Virus record (IMG/VR): IMGVR_UViG_3300012952_003032
Coordinates: 1-35,201 of that record
Origin: a virus
Taxonomy: Duplodnaviria; Caudoviricetes
DNA length: 35,201 nt
Strand: one strand, 5' to 3'
Shown here: piece after piece, positions 8,428 through 19,600 of the stretch
How the letters are laid out: every line of letters begins with the position of its first letter
Numbering within the stretch: the first letter of the stretch is position 1
The notes under the pieces: model-generated
The model's input: only the letters and a program-made list of their open reading frames with translations
The model's database searches: none
What the model was told of the DNA's origin: nothing
Translations under genes and position numbers: made by a program

Positions 8428-10681
8428 GAAAAATTTAAAATCATTATTACAGAATAAACAAAAAATAATAAGCAGAGAAACTGGTTATCCTTCTCAATCA
8501 TCTGGAAGAGACGGAGATTTTCAAGTAAGAAGAATACCTGGTCAGGGTATTTTTTTGTTTTATAAATGGTACAATAAATGGTACTCTTCTAGACTTACTC
8601 AATATAGACCTAGAACAGCTGAACATAAAGAACCTGTCAAACTACCTATAGGTGTCAAGCCTATTAAAGAAGGGGATTTAAGTATTGATAATGGTATAGT
8701 ATTTGTTGGTAAGTCTGGAAATAAAAGTAATAAAATAATATCTGTAGATAAAGATAATCTTGCAGATATAACTACTCCTGCATATTTTAAAAGAACAGAT
8801 ACTACAGATATGGCAGATGATGAAGCAAAAGACCCTACATTTCTTATAGAAAATACTGGTCATGCTCATTTAAGATTTTACTCACCAAGTAATGTATATG
8901 ACCAATTTATATCATTTGGAAGAAGACATCCTGAAACTTTTACTACTGCATCTTGGTGCATGGGATTAGATTCTTCTGCAAATAAATTTAGAATTATGTA
9001 TAAAGGTGTAAGCGGAAGTTCTTCATCTAATCATACTAAAATAAGCGAATTAACACCATCATCTGGTGATTCCTATGAAGCTTTATCAATGAATAGTAGT
9101 GGAAATATATGGTTAGGTTTAGTTCAAAACCCAGGCTCTGATACTGATAAATTTTTAGTAATAGATGATTCAAATAATGGACTTGTAGGCTTTAGAACAG
9201 GAGCTGAAGTATTGTCTGATATAGGGGGTCAAGCTTCTGGGAATTATATTACTGGAACTGGTTCTTTGTCAGTTGGTGATTTAACAAATATAGGTAACTT
9301 AAGCGGGACTAATACAGGTGACCAACTTATACCTACTAATTTTTTAAGAGATAATGCAGATGATTCAACAACAGGAACTATAACCGCAGCAGGATTTACA
9401 ACTACAGGTACTTGGACATTTGATGATGCAACAAGCGGAACAGTAGGTATTACAACAGTCCATACAGGTAGTAGTTTTACAGATAACGATACATCTTTAA
9501 TGACAGCAGGAGCTATTAAAGAAAAAATTGAAGATTATGGTTATACAACTGCAACTTACAGCGTAATGGCATCTGGTAATTCTTATGCAGCAGGATTAGT
9601 TGCAGCAGGGAGTGGAACTCATAGCAATCAATTTCTTAGAAAAGATGGAACTTGGGTTGTTCCTGAAAATGATAATACAACTTATAGTGCAGGTAGTTTA
9701 TTAGATTTATCAACAACAACATTTAATGTGGATTTAACTGAATTAACTGATGGAACAGCAGATGTAGTTGGCTCTGAAGATGAATTGGTATATTTAGATG
9801 ATAGTGTTCAAAAAAGAAAATTAATAAGCGAAATAAAATTAGGTCAATTTAATAATGACGCAGGATGGACTACAAACACAGGAACTATATCATGGGATGG
9901 TTCTACAGCAAATGGAGTTGCGACATATAAAGATGCAGATGAAGCAACGGTAGAGTCTAATTTAACATTTGATGGAACTGATTTATCAATAACTTCTACA
10001 GGTAAATTGATATTAGGAGCAGGCGATACATCTATATATGAATCAGCTGCCGATGTATTAAATCTTACAGTTGGTGGCCAAAATATGATACTTTTAAGCG
10101 AAGGTGGCTCAGCAGGAACAATTGAATTTAATAATTGCTCTACAGGTGTTATAATAGGCAGTGGTACTCCTTTATATTTTGATGGAGGTACTAGTACACA
10201 TATATCAGAATCATCTGCTGATAATATAAGATTTACAGTAGGAAATGACACTGTATTAGATTTAACAGAAGAAGATACAGGAACTACAATTAATATGGGA
10301 ACTTCTGCCGCTGGATTTACAAGAAGTACATATGCAGATGCAGCTAATGTTACGATTGATTTTAGAACAGGAAATAAAGCACATTTAGATATGACAGGTG
10401 GAAGTATATCGGGAACATTAACACTTCAATTTCCAGCTGTATCAGGAAATTTTGTCTTAGTAGTACAACAAGATGGCTCTACAAGAACTATAGCAAATTA
10501 TGCTACTAAGGATTCAGCAGGTAATGCAGGTAATAATGACGGAGGAACTGCAGGAGCTGTAAGATGGGCAGGTGGAACTGCGCCTGATTTAACAGATGGT
10601 AATAATAAAAGAGATATATTATCTTTTTATTGGGATGCGACAGAAGAAGTATGTTATGGTGTAGCGAGTTTAGATTTCTAA
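8420..10681 (+). CDS. Tail fibre protein
   Basis: G/S/T/D-rich mosaic with common fibre modules (NLSGTNTGDQ, FLRKDGTWVVP, FNNDAGW) and a C-terminal QQDG...WAGGTAPDLT...DILSF domain. Confidence 0.75.
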   Translation: MNKKNLKSLLQNKQKIISRETGYPSQSSGRDGDFQVRRIPGQGIFLFYKWYNKWYSSRLTQYRPRTAEHKEPVKLPIGVKPIKEGDLSIDNGIVFVGKSGNKSNKIISVDKDNLADITTPAYFKRTDTTDMADDEAKDPTFLIENTGHAHLRFYSPSNVYDQFISFGRRHPETFTTASWCMGLDSSANKFRIMYKGVSGSSSSNHTKISELTPSSGDSYEALSMNSSGNIWLGLVQNPGSDTDKFLVIDDSNNGLVGFRTGAEVLSDIGGQASGNYITGTGSLSVGDLTNIGNLSGTNTGDQLIPTNFLRDNADDSTTGTITAAGFTTTGTWTFDDATSGTVGITTVHTGSSFTDNDTSLMTAGAIKEKIEDYGYTTATYSVMASGNSYAAGLVAAGSGTHSNQFLRKDGTWVVPENDNTTYSAGSLLDLSTTTFNVDLTELTDGTADVVGSEDELVYLDDSVQKRKLISEIKLGQFNNDAGWTTNTGTISWDGSTANGVATYKDADEATVESNLTFDGTDLSITSTGKLILGAGDTSIYESAADVLNLTVGGQNMILLSEGGSAGTIEFNNCSTGVIIGSGTPLYFDGGTSTHISESSADNIRFTVGNDTVLDLTEEDTGTTINMGTSAAGFTRSTYADAANVTIDFRTGNKAHLDMTGGSISGTLTLQFPAVSGNFVLVVQQDGSTRTIANYATKDSAGNAGNNDGGTAGAVRWAGGTAPDLTDGNNKRDILSFYWDATEEVCYGVASLDF

Positions 10682-12771
10682 TGTATAAACCAATAGACAG
10701 AACAACAGTTCAAGTAGAAGAAAATAAATTAAAGCTTTATCCAGTCAATGCTCCATTATTTTATAAAGACCCTAATGGAAATTTAAATGATATAGATTTA
10801 ACTTTTAATGATACTACATCATCAATAGGCGATATATCTTTAATGAATAAAGGAATTGTTAGCGTAGGTAAAAGAAAAGGGAATAACCCTGAAAAAATTG
10901 TAGGAATTAGACCTGATAATACTCAAGATGGAAGCAAACAATTAGAATTTAGTTTAAATAGTGTAAAAATTAATGAAGAATTACAAGAGCTTAATGTAGA
11001 AACAGATTTAGAGGTTGTATTAAGATTATCTAAAGTTTTACAATTAGTTAAATTAAATAAAAATTTTAGTCAATGTGAAATAGAGTTTACAATACACTTA
11101 AATGGTATGAATTTTATAAATGAAAAATATACAAGCGAATCTAAAATACAAGAATATGGCTTTAATATAACCAATATAGGCGAAAATATTGGAAGTGATA
11201 CCTTAGGTATGTATAATGGATATAATAGCTTAAATAAAGATATTTCATATTTAGATTTTTATGTAGGAAAAATAACAGATGAATATATTACAACAGGTGA
11301 GTATACAAATGAAGAAGAGTTTGGAGATGCTGATTTAAGCAATTATACATTAGAACAAATGTATTTAGGTGGAAGTAGTATTTATTTTAAAGATTGTGTT
11401 ATATTAGCATGTAAACCTTACAATATAGAAAATTACGAAAATTCTATAGTCAATAATCTTTGTGATATGTATAATTTAGAAATATTTAACGATGGAGGTT
11501 CAGGTGTTTATTTTACAAAAGATAACAAGAAAGTTGGGGGATACTATTCAAATGATAATACGTTTTTTGCATTTTTTAATACTGCTGAAATCCCTGATAA
11601 AATTAAAACATTATTTAAAAGAAAGAACTTTGAAGACACCTCGTTTTTAAATATAACTGCAGCTGAATTAGAATCAGGAATTAATAGTAGATTTAATAAA
11701 AATTTAGATATAAACGTAGATACTAATTATCTTAAAGAGCATGGTAATGGGACTTTTGAGATTAAAGTTAGTGAAGAATCTTTTTTTATAAAAAGACCAA
11801 TAGCTTTTAATGAAAATTATTTACCTACACATCATGAAACTATGCACACTTTAAAAGATAATAATAATGGTACTTACACTTATACTAAATATATAGCTGT
11901 GAATAATTCGTTAGATATAAATAATGCTAAATATCTTGATACTGCATTATATGTTACTACAGCAGAGGATGTAGGAATTACATCTTCAGGTGCTTCAGCA
12001 AGTAATCTTGTTATTCAAGGTAGGTTAAATGCTTTAGGAACAGCAGTAATAACAGATGCTGATTTTAATACAGATATGGGGTTTCCTTTATCAATACCTA
12101 CTGGAGTAGATGCAATGCAAACAATATGTGGTAGGAATTATAATGTTACGCAAACAACAAGTCAGGGTGGTGGTACTACAACTACATATAGGGCAAGAGG
12201 TATTCAATCATTATATCATTTTGCTAGTGCATCAATAACTGGTGCAACTGCAGTAGCTTGGAAACAAATGGGTGGATATATGCACACAGATGATATTCTA
12301 TCAGGTTCTGAGCAGCATGACCATATAGATATAATTGCTATAAAAAGTAATGCGTCAACTTCATTAAATTATTCTCCATTTTGGAACGATTTTGTAGGAT
12401 TTTCTATATCTCCTGCTTGGACACCATCAGACACTACTCCATATAGTTCTAATGTTACTATAGATGCTCCTTATACTTATGGCGCTTATGTTGCAAATCC
12501 TTCAGGAAGCTCAACTACACATACTATTAATTTTAATTCAGATGCAATTACTGATATAAATGCTGTTACAAATTTTCAATTTATGCTGTTAGAATATGAT
12601 AGATATTATCTAGATGATACGTCGGCTTTTAGAGGTTATGAGGGTTGGGGTGTTTATATGGGCGCTCAGATTGATAATACTACAACAGCATATAGACCTT
12701 ATTTAGAAATAACGACAGGAACAGTATCTACACCAACTGAAAATGCAACATTTTTTGGAACTAATTTTTAA
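10681..12771 (+). CDS. Virion structural/adhesion protein with a possible DNRLRE-like C-terminal domain
   Basis: Start reassigned to ATG 10681 (TAATG overlap). N-terminal PLFYKDPNGNLNDIDLTF; beta-rich C-terminus ending RPYLEITTG. Confidence 0.55.
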   Translation: MYKPIDRTTVQVEENKLKLYPVNAPLFYKDPNGNLNDIDLTFNDTTSSIGDISLMNKGIVSVGKRKGNNPEKIVGIRPDNTQDGSKQLEFSLNSVKINEELQELNVETDLEVVLRLSKVLQLVKLNKNFSQCEIEFTIHLNGMNFINEKYTSESKIQEYGFNITNIGENIGSDTLGMYNGYNSLNKDISYLDFYVGKITDEYITTGEYTNEEEFGDADLSNYTLEQMYLGGSSIYFKDCVILACKPYNIENYENSIVNNLCDMYNLEIFNDGGSGVYFTKDNKKVGGYYSNDNTFFAFFNTAEIPDKIKTLFKRKNFEDTSFLNITAAELESGINSRFNKNLDINVDTNYLKEHGNGTFEIKVSEESFFIKRPIAFNENYLPTHHETMHTLKDNNNGTYTYTKYIAVNNSLDINNAKYLDTALYVTTAEDVGITSSGASASNLVIQGRLNALGTAVITDADFNTDMGFPLSIPTGVDAMQTICGRNYNVTQTTSQGGGTTTTYRARGIQSLYHFASASITGATAVAWKQMGGYMHTDDILSGSEQHDHIDIIAIKSNASTSLNYSPFWNDFVGFSISPAWTPSDTTPYSSNVTIDAPYTYGAYVANPSGSSTTHTINFNSDAITDINAVTNFQFMLLEYDRYYLDDTSAFRGYEGWGVYMGAQIDNTTTAYRPYLEITTGTVSTPTENATFFGTNF

Positions 12772-12780
12772 AAGAAAGTA

Positions 12781-12809
12781 TTGGAATGATTAAGTGCATT
12801 AACTATATT
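12781..12809 (+). promoter_or_regulatory. Sigma70-like promoter upstream of the ejection module
   Basis: TTGGAA (12781-86), 17-nt spacer, TATATT (12804-09), in the only sizeable intergenic gap of the + strand region. Confidence 0.5.
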
Positions 12810-12844
12810 ATTATGTCTGAAACTACAACAAAGAAGGACTTAAA

Positions 12845-13981
12845 ATGGCTTATGTAAATGTTAGGGCTAATATGCCTAAAAAGGAACAACCAAAACCTGA
12901 AGAGCAAAGTACTCTTAGCAAAGCTATTGATTTAACTGAAACTGGAATGAAAGCTAGTAAATTTCTTAATAAAAGAAATGAAAGGCTTTTAGCTGAATCT
13001 GGATATTTAGATTTAAAATTACCTGCAAAAGAAATATTAAAAACTGATAGTGATGGTAAAGAATATTTTTCTACAGAACCTAAAATTAATATGTTTGTTC
13101 GTAAACCAGGAAAAGGTCCTTTAAGAAAGCCTGAAGATAGAATTAAATTTTCACAAGAAGCTAAAGAACATTTTGTTAAACTAGCTAAAGAACAAAATTT
13201 TGATGCAGATGGAAATCCTACTGGTAATCGTGTATTACCTGAAGAACTTATGACTGAATACATAGATAGTTTAGGCGAGGGAAGTCAAGGTTTAAAAAAT
13301 ATATCTGATTTAAAAAATATGGATAAATCAGTGAAGGATAGAGAGAAATGGGTTGAATCTTTAAATGTTTCAAAAGAAGTTCAATCTGATTTAATGAATC
13401 AAGCCAATATAAGAGGAAAAGAATTTGTAAATAAAATAAGTAGTGGTGGATTTGGAAAATACGGAAATAACCTAATAGCAGAAGATAAAAAAACTGGAAT
13501 GGGATTTACAAGCGATTATCTTCCCTCTAGAGCTAAGGGTAATTTAAGTATAAACCCTGACTTAATATCTGGCAAAAAATCTGGATTTAGCGGTGCAATC
13601 CCTGATTTTATACCACAAAAAAGTGCTAATGTAGGTCTTGATAAATCTAACATTTTAAGCAATATAGGGTTAGTAGATAAGGCTCGTTCTAATGTACAAA
13701 ATCAAGCTCAAGGATTAGTTAATTCTTTAAATTTTAGAAATAAATTTGGTGAGATTGATAAATTAAGAAATTTAGCTCAAAATCCTAAAGCAGCTCTTGA
13801 AAATAAAGTTATGACTCAAGCTAAGGATAAAATTATGTCCAGCGTTGGGATTAAACCTAATTTTCTATCTGGCTTAGGACCTGGAGGTTTTCTAGCTCAA
13901 ATGGCTTTAGGTCAATTAGGTGGTAAATTATTTAAACCTCATACAGTTGCAGGTAAATTATTTAAAGGATTATTTGGATAG
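12845..13981 (+). CDS. Putative internal virion/ejection protein
   Basis: Cys-free, helical, with a Gly-rich amphipathic C-terminus (GLGPGGFLAQMALGQLGGKLF...GKLFKGLFG); AAGGA SD. Confidence 0.55.
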   Translation: MAYVNVRANMPKKEQPKPEEQSTLSKAIDLTETGMKASKFLNKRNERLLAESGYLDLKLPAKEILKTDSDGKEYFSTEPKINMFVRKPGKGPLRKPEDRIKFSQEAKEHFVKLAKEQNFDADGNPTGNRVLPEELMTEYIDSLGEGSQGLKNISDLKNMDKSVKDREKWVESLNVSKEVQSDLMNQANIRGKEFVNKISSGGFGKYGNNLIAEDKKTGMGFTSDYLPSRAKGNLSINPDLISGKKSGFSGAIPDFIPQKSANVGLDKSNILSNIGLVDKARSNVQNQAQGLVNSLNFRNKFGEIDKLRNLAQNPKAALENKVMTQAKDKIMSSVGIKPNFLSGLGPGGFLAQMALGQLGGKLFKPHTVAGKLFKGLFG

Positions 13982-13990
13982 GAGAAACAC

Positions 13991-14353
13991 ATGATAGAAG
14001 TAAGAAAGATAAAAACTAAAGAAGAGTATCAATATGTAAATAAAATGGCTGAAAAAAATGGGCATAACGTTCCATATCCTAGTCATGCATTATATAATAA
14101 GCAAGGAGATGTAGTCGGTGTTTGGTCATTGGCAAGTGCTCCTATTGTATTTGTTTGGTCACATACTGAAAAAATGAATAAAATGGACAGTATATATCAC
14201 AATGAAACTTTAGATGCTATAATGAATGAAAAGGGTATTAACAAATTTTTAATTGCATGTGATAAAAGTTCACCATATTACAAACATATGGATAAATTTG
14301 GATATAAATCTTTAGATTGGGAAACTTCCATTTTTTTAAAAAACTTAAAGTAA
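13991..14353 (+). CDS. GNAT-fold-like protein (T7 gp13-position internal virion protein)
   Basis: 120 aa; GDVVGVWSL strand and C-terminal MDKFGYK resemble GNAT motifs; located just before an MC-starting protein. Confidence 0.5.
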   Translation: MIEVRKIKTKEEYQYVNKMAEKNGHNVPYPSHALYNKQGDVVGVWSLASAPIVFVWSHTEKMNKMDSIYHNETLDAIMNEKGINKFLIACDKSSPYYKHMDKFGYKSLDWETSIFLKNLK

Positions 14354-14362
14354 GGAGATTTT

Positions 14363-15448
14363 ATGTGTCATGGTGCTAAAGGAGAAGCTTGGTGGGATAC
14401 AGGTCAAGCTGTTAAACAAGGTCCAGGAGAAAAGCTTTCTGGAGTTACTCCTGGTGAAGATATTACTGGGTTTACTCAAAGTGCAGGTAGGCAAGTAACA
14501 TCGGATTTAGCTGGTACTACAGACCAGATGAGCAGTGATAGAATGACTGCAGATAAATGGAGAAATTGGTATGACCCAATGTTTGAAGCTGTTGTAGAAG
14601 ACCCTATTAGAGGTATGGCTGGCGGAGGTGATTTAGCAAGTATGGATAAATTTGTTTCAGCTTCAGATGTTTTAAGTACATCAGGATTAGCTGATACTGA
14701 AGCTAGTAAATTATTGTCTGCTGCAGGTGAAAATGCTTTATTATTAAAAAGTGATGAAGCTGGGTTTAGAGAAAGAGCATTAAAATTAGAAGGTGCAGAA
14801 GATGAATTTAAATCTGAAGAAGCTGCAATAGAAGAAGGTTTATTAGGAGCTGAAGAACAAAAAAAAGAATCTTTACTTGAAAATAGAATATCAAGACAAA
14901 AAGCATTATCAGGTACTATACCTGAATATGAAAAAGCTAGAGCTGGTTTAGCTAAATCTGGTATTGCATATTCTGGACCTGCTATGGCTTCAGTTGAAGC
15001 TTCTGATGAAGCAAGAGAGATGAATATGGGTGATATATCTAGAGAAAGTGCTAATATAATGAAAGATTATAGAGATACTACTTCTATGCTTGAAACTAAA
15101 AAAAGTGATGCGCAGACAAGTATAGATAGAGATAGGCAATTATTTTCAACTGGATTAGCTGGTATGCTTGAAGGTACTCAAGATAAAGCTACTTCAATTT
15201 TACAACAAGCTACTGCATTACCTCAAAATTGGAGACAATTTGGCGAACAAAGATTAGAAAATTTAGTAGGCTCAGGACATTTTGGTGGAGGTGTTGGTGG
15301 GGCAGATATGTTTGAAGAAACCTTAGAACAATCTGATGCAATAGGCGAATTAAGGAGTGCTATTGGTTTAGCTGAGCAAGCAAGTACTAGCATGAGAGAT
15401 ACTTTACTAGACCCTAATTTCTTTTCTCCAGAAGGTGAGGAAGTTTAA
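14363..15448 (+). CDS. Internal virion/ejection protein (T7 gp14-position)
   Basis: Starts Met-Cys; A/E/G-rich coiled coil; AGLAKSGIAYSG motif typical of this class; AAGGAG SD. Confidence 0.55.
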   Translation: MCHGAKGEAWWDTGQAVKQGPGEKLSGVTPGEDITGFTQSAGRQVTSDLAGTTDQMSSDRMTADKWRNWYDPMFEAVVEDPIRGMAGGGDLASMDKFVSASDVLSTSGLADTEASKLLSAAGENALLLKSDEAGFRERALKLEGAEDEFKSEEAAIEEGLLGAEEQKKESLLENRISRQKALSGTIPEYEKARAGLAKSGIAYSGPAMASVEASDEAREMNMGDISRESANIMKDYRDTTSMLETKKSDAQTSIDRDRQLFSTGLAGMLEGTQDKATSILQQATALPQNWRQFGEQRLENLVGSGHFGGGVGGADMFEETLEQSDAIGELRSAIGLAEQASTSMRDTLLDPNFFSPEGEEV

Positions 15449-16671
15449 TGAGTGATATTAAAGATATAGGTAGCATATTTGGAGTTTTAGAAGACCTTGA
15501 AAATGTTAAATTAGCTGAAGAACAAATGGCTATGAAACAACAACAATTTAATGAAGCTCAAAAACTTAAGGTTGAAGCTGCTGAAAAAACAAAAAATTAC
15601 AATCTAACAAAAGAAAATCTTCATGATAGACGTGAAGAAAATGAAGTAGAGATAGCAAGGCTTGTTAAGGAAATAGGTAATTGGAATATTGTTGCTCAAG
15701 ATTGGAGTAATATAGATGATAAATATGGTAAGGGTAAAACAGAAGAAGGAAAGGCTATATTAGAAGAATTAGGCCTTGTATATGGAGAAAACTTTAAATT
15801 TAAAGAATCTGCATCTTTAGACTATGCTGAACAATTAAATAACACTCAAAATTTAATTACACTTCAAGAAGAAATAATTAATGATTTAACATCTAAACAA
15901 AATGAAATACTTAGATTGCATGATGATTGGGCTAAAGTAGGTACTGAAGCAGGTATAAAAGCTATAAAAGATACTGATGATGTTAAAGCTTATATAGGGC
16001 AAAATCCTGAAAAGTTTTTAAATGAAAATAATGAATTTAATCAATTAGGTAAAGCTTTAATGAAGGAAAAAATGTCACCTACTGATAAGTATGGGTTTGT
16101 AGATAAAAGTGCTGTAGATGCTGCATTAGCTGCTTTAGATACCTCTACGAAAACTGAAAAAGAAGGAATAGAACAATCGTGGAATGATGAAGCAAGTATT
16201 ATGTTTAAAGATGTTGCTTCAACTGAGCAATTACTTAAAAATGACGATGATTTTCTTGTTAATGCTGGTGGAAGAGTTGCAAACTATGAAGGAAGAGAAG
16301 AGCTTTATTCTGACCCTGCTGCTCAAGAACAATTAATAAGTTCTTTGCAAGATAAAATTATGAAAACTTTCCTTATGTCTGCTAAAAATGAAAGAAGTTT
16401 TAGAAATACTGATATAATGAAAAAAATAAATGCAATGGAAGGTAAGAGTTTTAAGAACAAGGTAGACCTTATGAAACAAGTACATGACCTCGTAATTCCT
16501 AGTAGAGAAAGTAATGAGCCAATTTATGGTTATAAAGATAAAATCTGGAAATCAGAAGAAATGGAAGATATAGATTTAGCTAGTGGTTTAGGTGGTCAAA
16601 AAAGCCAGGAATTAATTTTGAAAAAATGGTTATCAGTATTTGGAAGATTGCATAATAAGTTGTACAAATAG
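15448..16671 (+). CDS. Internal virion/ejection protein (gp15-position), helical
   Basis: Cys-free, K/E/Q-rich coiled coil, coupled by TAATG. Confidence 0.5.
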   Translation: MSDIKDIGSIFGVLEDLENVKLAEEQMAMKQQQFNEAQKLKVEAAEKTKNYNLTKENLHDRREENEVEIARLVKEIGNWNIVAQDWSNIDDKYGKGKTEEGKAILEELGLVYGENFKFKESASLDYAEQLNNTQNLITLQEEIINDLTSKQNEILRLHDDWAKVGTEAGIKAIKDTDDVKAYIGQNPEKFLNENNEFNQLGKALMKEKMSPTDKYGFVDKSAVDAALAALDTSTKTEKEGIEQSWNDEASIMFKDVASTEQLLKNDDDFLVNAGGRVANYEGREELYSDPAAQEQLISSLQDKIMKTFLMSAKNERSFRNTDIMKKINAMEGKSFKNKVDLMKQVHDLVIPSRESNEPIYGYKDKIWKSEEMEDIDLASGLGGQKSQELILKKWLSVFGRLHNKLYK

Positions 16672-16679
16672 GAGATTAA

Positions 16680-19600
16680 ATGTCTAAAGTAACAGGCTAT
16701 GATTTTCTTAGTGTTGATGAAGATAATTGGGATGACTTAACCTTTGAAGAACAGCAGCGTAAAATTGAAGAAGAGAAGAAAAAATTATTTGATTCCCTCC
16801 AAGAGATAGAAAACACCGAATATAAAACTCAAAGCGATGTCGCTAACTATTTAAGAAATCAATCTTATTTAGAAGGTAATTTTGACAGATACGCTAATCT
16901 TAGTGATGAAAAAGTTATTGAATTAGGGCAAGCTTTTGGCGAAGATATTACTGGGGAAATATATGAACCTACCGCAGGAGACATATCTGCTTTTAAACTA
17001 AAGCAATTAGAAAATAGATTATATAACATGGATGCTTATGGTATTGCTGGTAAGGATTTAAATTGGGGAGACGTTGGAGAAACAAAAGCTATTTTAGATG
17101 AAGGTATAGCTGCCTGGGATGATTATATTAAAAATAATCCTAAAGCTAGAGCTACAGCAGAATGGTTAGGTAGCGAGCTAGAGACTCTTGATAACCCTCA
17201 AGAATTTAGTAAATGGATACTTAGCATGGGATACGATGTGGGAAGTTCTGTAGGATTTAGTATGGCAAGTGCAAAAATAGGAGGAGCTACTGGAGGATTA
17301 GCAGGGAGTTTTGTTCCTGGCGTAGGGACAGCTTTAGGAGCTACCGCTGGAGCTGTTACCGCAGGTGGTCTTGCTAGTTCAGTTCAAATGGGAGGAAATA
17401 CATTAAGAAGTGAGTATGAAAGACTTCAGCAAGATTCTCAGTTAGATGGTCAACAATTTTTAAGTATGGTTGAATTAGCCAAGGAAACATACAATAAAGA
17501 ATATCCAGATGGAAATTTTAATACCAATGCTGTAGATAAAAATGGAAAGCCTCTTTATCCTATGTTGTTTGATGAAAACAACCCAAATGGAACAGTTACT
17601 AATAAAACAGAATTATTTAATCTTTATTTAAAAGATAGATTTCAAAAAATAGATGATAATAATTTCATAATGAAAGGATTATCTGGTGAAGAAGCTGTAG
17701 CCGCTGCTACAGGTACAGCAAATTGGTCAGCTTCAGTTGGTGCACTAATAGAACAAGTTTCTATGGCTGGTAAAATATTAAAAATATTACCTAAAGGAAG
17801 GTTTAATCCTAAATATTTAACAAATAATACATTTACTAGAATGAACGATAAGCTTAAAAATAAAGCTTTATTATACCCTAGAAGTGGAGTTAAAAATAAA
17901 GTTAAATCATATCTTACTTACGGTGGTCCTAAAGCTTTAGCTGAAATGTCTGCTGAAGCAACTGAAGAAGTCTTGCAGGGTTTTAACGATGCAATTGCTT
18001 CTACTTACACACCTGAATTAGCAGGAAAAGGGATTATTAATGGATTGCAAGAAATGTACTATCCTCCTACTGATTTTTGGGACCATCATGGAGGATGGAC
18101 TCAGCTTAGAGATGAAATAGCTGGTGGTATGCTAGGTTCTGCTCCTATATCTGCAGTTACAGCAACTAAAAGTATAACTACTCTTGGTGACAGAGCAATT
18201 AATAGAGATATACTTAAAAAATCTAAAACACAAGAAGGTGTTAGATATGCGGTTGAAAAAGGAGTTGATGATAAAAATAGAAAGACATACAATGTAGTAG
18301 GGTATAATACTACTAAAAAAGATGGAGAAAGAGTAGTATCAGTTAAGGCTGATATGAGTAAGTTAAAAGACAAAGAAGGTAAATCTCTCCAAACAAGCTT
18401 TGCTAAATTTGATGATGCATTTAATGTAGCCAATACATATAATCAGCAAGAAGCTGCCAATATAAATCAAATTCAAGCATGGAAATATAGAGATATAAGA
18501 AATGGTAGTACTAAAGTAGTTCAGAATGATGATGGAACTTTTTCTGTAGAAATATATAATAATGATGGAAAGTTATTTAAAAAAGATGAAGAAGTATATA
18601 ATAAAAAATATAAAGCAAATAGAAGAAACAAACAATTAACTAATACATTAGAAACAATAGATGAGAATTATAGAAAATATAAATTAGACAATACAGAAGA
18701 CAATGAAGTTATAATGAATTTTCTTGATAATCAAAATAAGAAAAAGCAAGTATTTAAAAATTTAGACAATGAAAATGTATCAGTTGAAAACGATAATATA
18801 AATATCCAAATGGGTATAGCTGCATTTATGATGGAAAAATTACAGAACGCAGATGACGGTGCTAGAACTACATATAATGATATGTTCGATAAGACTTCAA
18901 GTAATCCTGATGAAATTATAAATTTAATAAAACAAGATAATGATAACAAGATATTAACCGATAGAGGTCATTCTCCTGATAAACTATTAACTGCATTTGA
19001 TGAGACATTTGGTCCAGATAGTCCTAATCCTATTGATAATTTTACTGCAAAAAGAAAAGAATTAAATAATGCATTGTATCCTCAAGGTCCACCTAAAAAT
19101 CAAAACAAACCATCTGCTATAGAAGGTCCAGATGTTAATCAAAAACCATTAGTTGTTGGCAAAGGAGATATAACTGTCGAAGAAGGTCCTGATGTTTTAA
19201 CACCTTCTGATACAGAGGGTCCTGATGTAGTTCAGCCTACTTTATTTGAAGATGGACCTACTAAAAAAACAAAGGGTAAACCGACTAAAAGAAAGTCTTC
19301 TGTATCATTAGCTAAAACACCAACAGATACAATAATTAAAAATATTGACGAATTAAAGGCTTCAATACCTAAGACTGAAGAAGGGTCTACTCAAAGAAAA
19401 TTTGCAGAAAAAAGACTATCCTTGCTCGAAAAAGAGATAGAACGTAGAAAAACAGAGGAAAAGAAAGCTCCTGAAGTTAAGGATTCTTGGAAGAAACATC
19501 GTTGGGCTGAAGATGCTTTTTATGATGCTAAGTCTCCTGAAGAAGAGCTTGAGATTTTGAAAGGAAAAAGAAAGCCTGAAAACTATCCAATTCTTACAGA

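Noticed and set aside
10630-10680. Track start MGCDRR for the 713-aa ORF
   Set aside because: Overlaps the fibre gene; the ATG at 10681 with TAATG coupling is more plausible.
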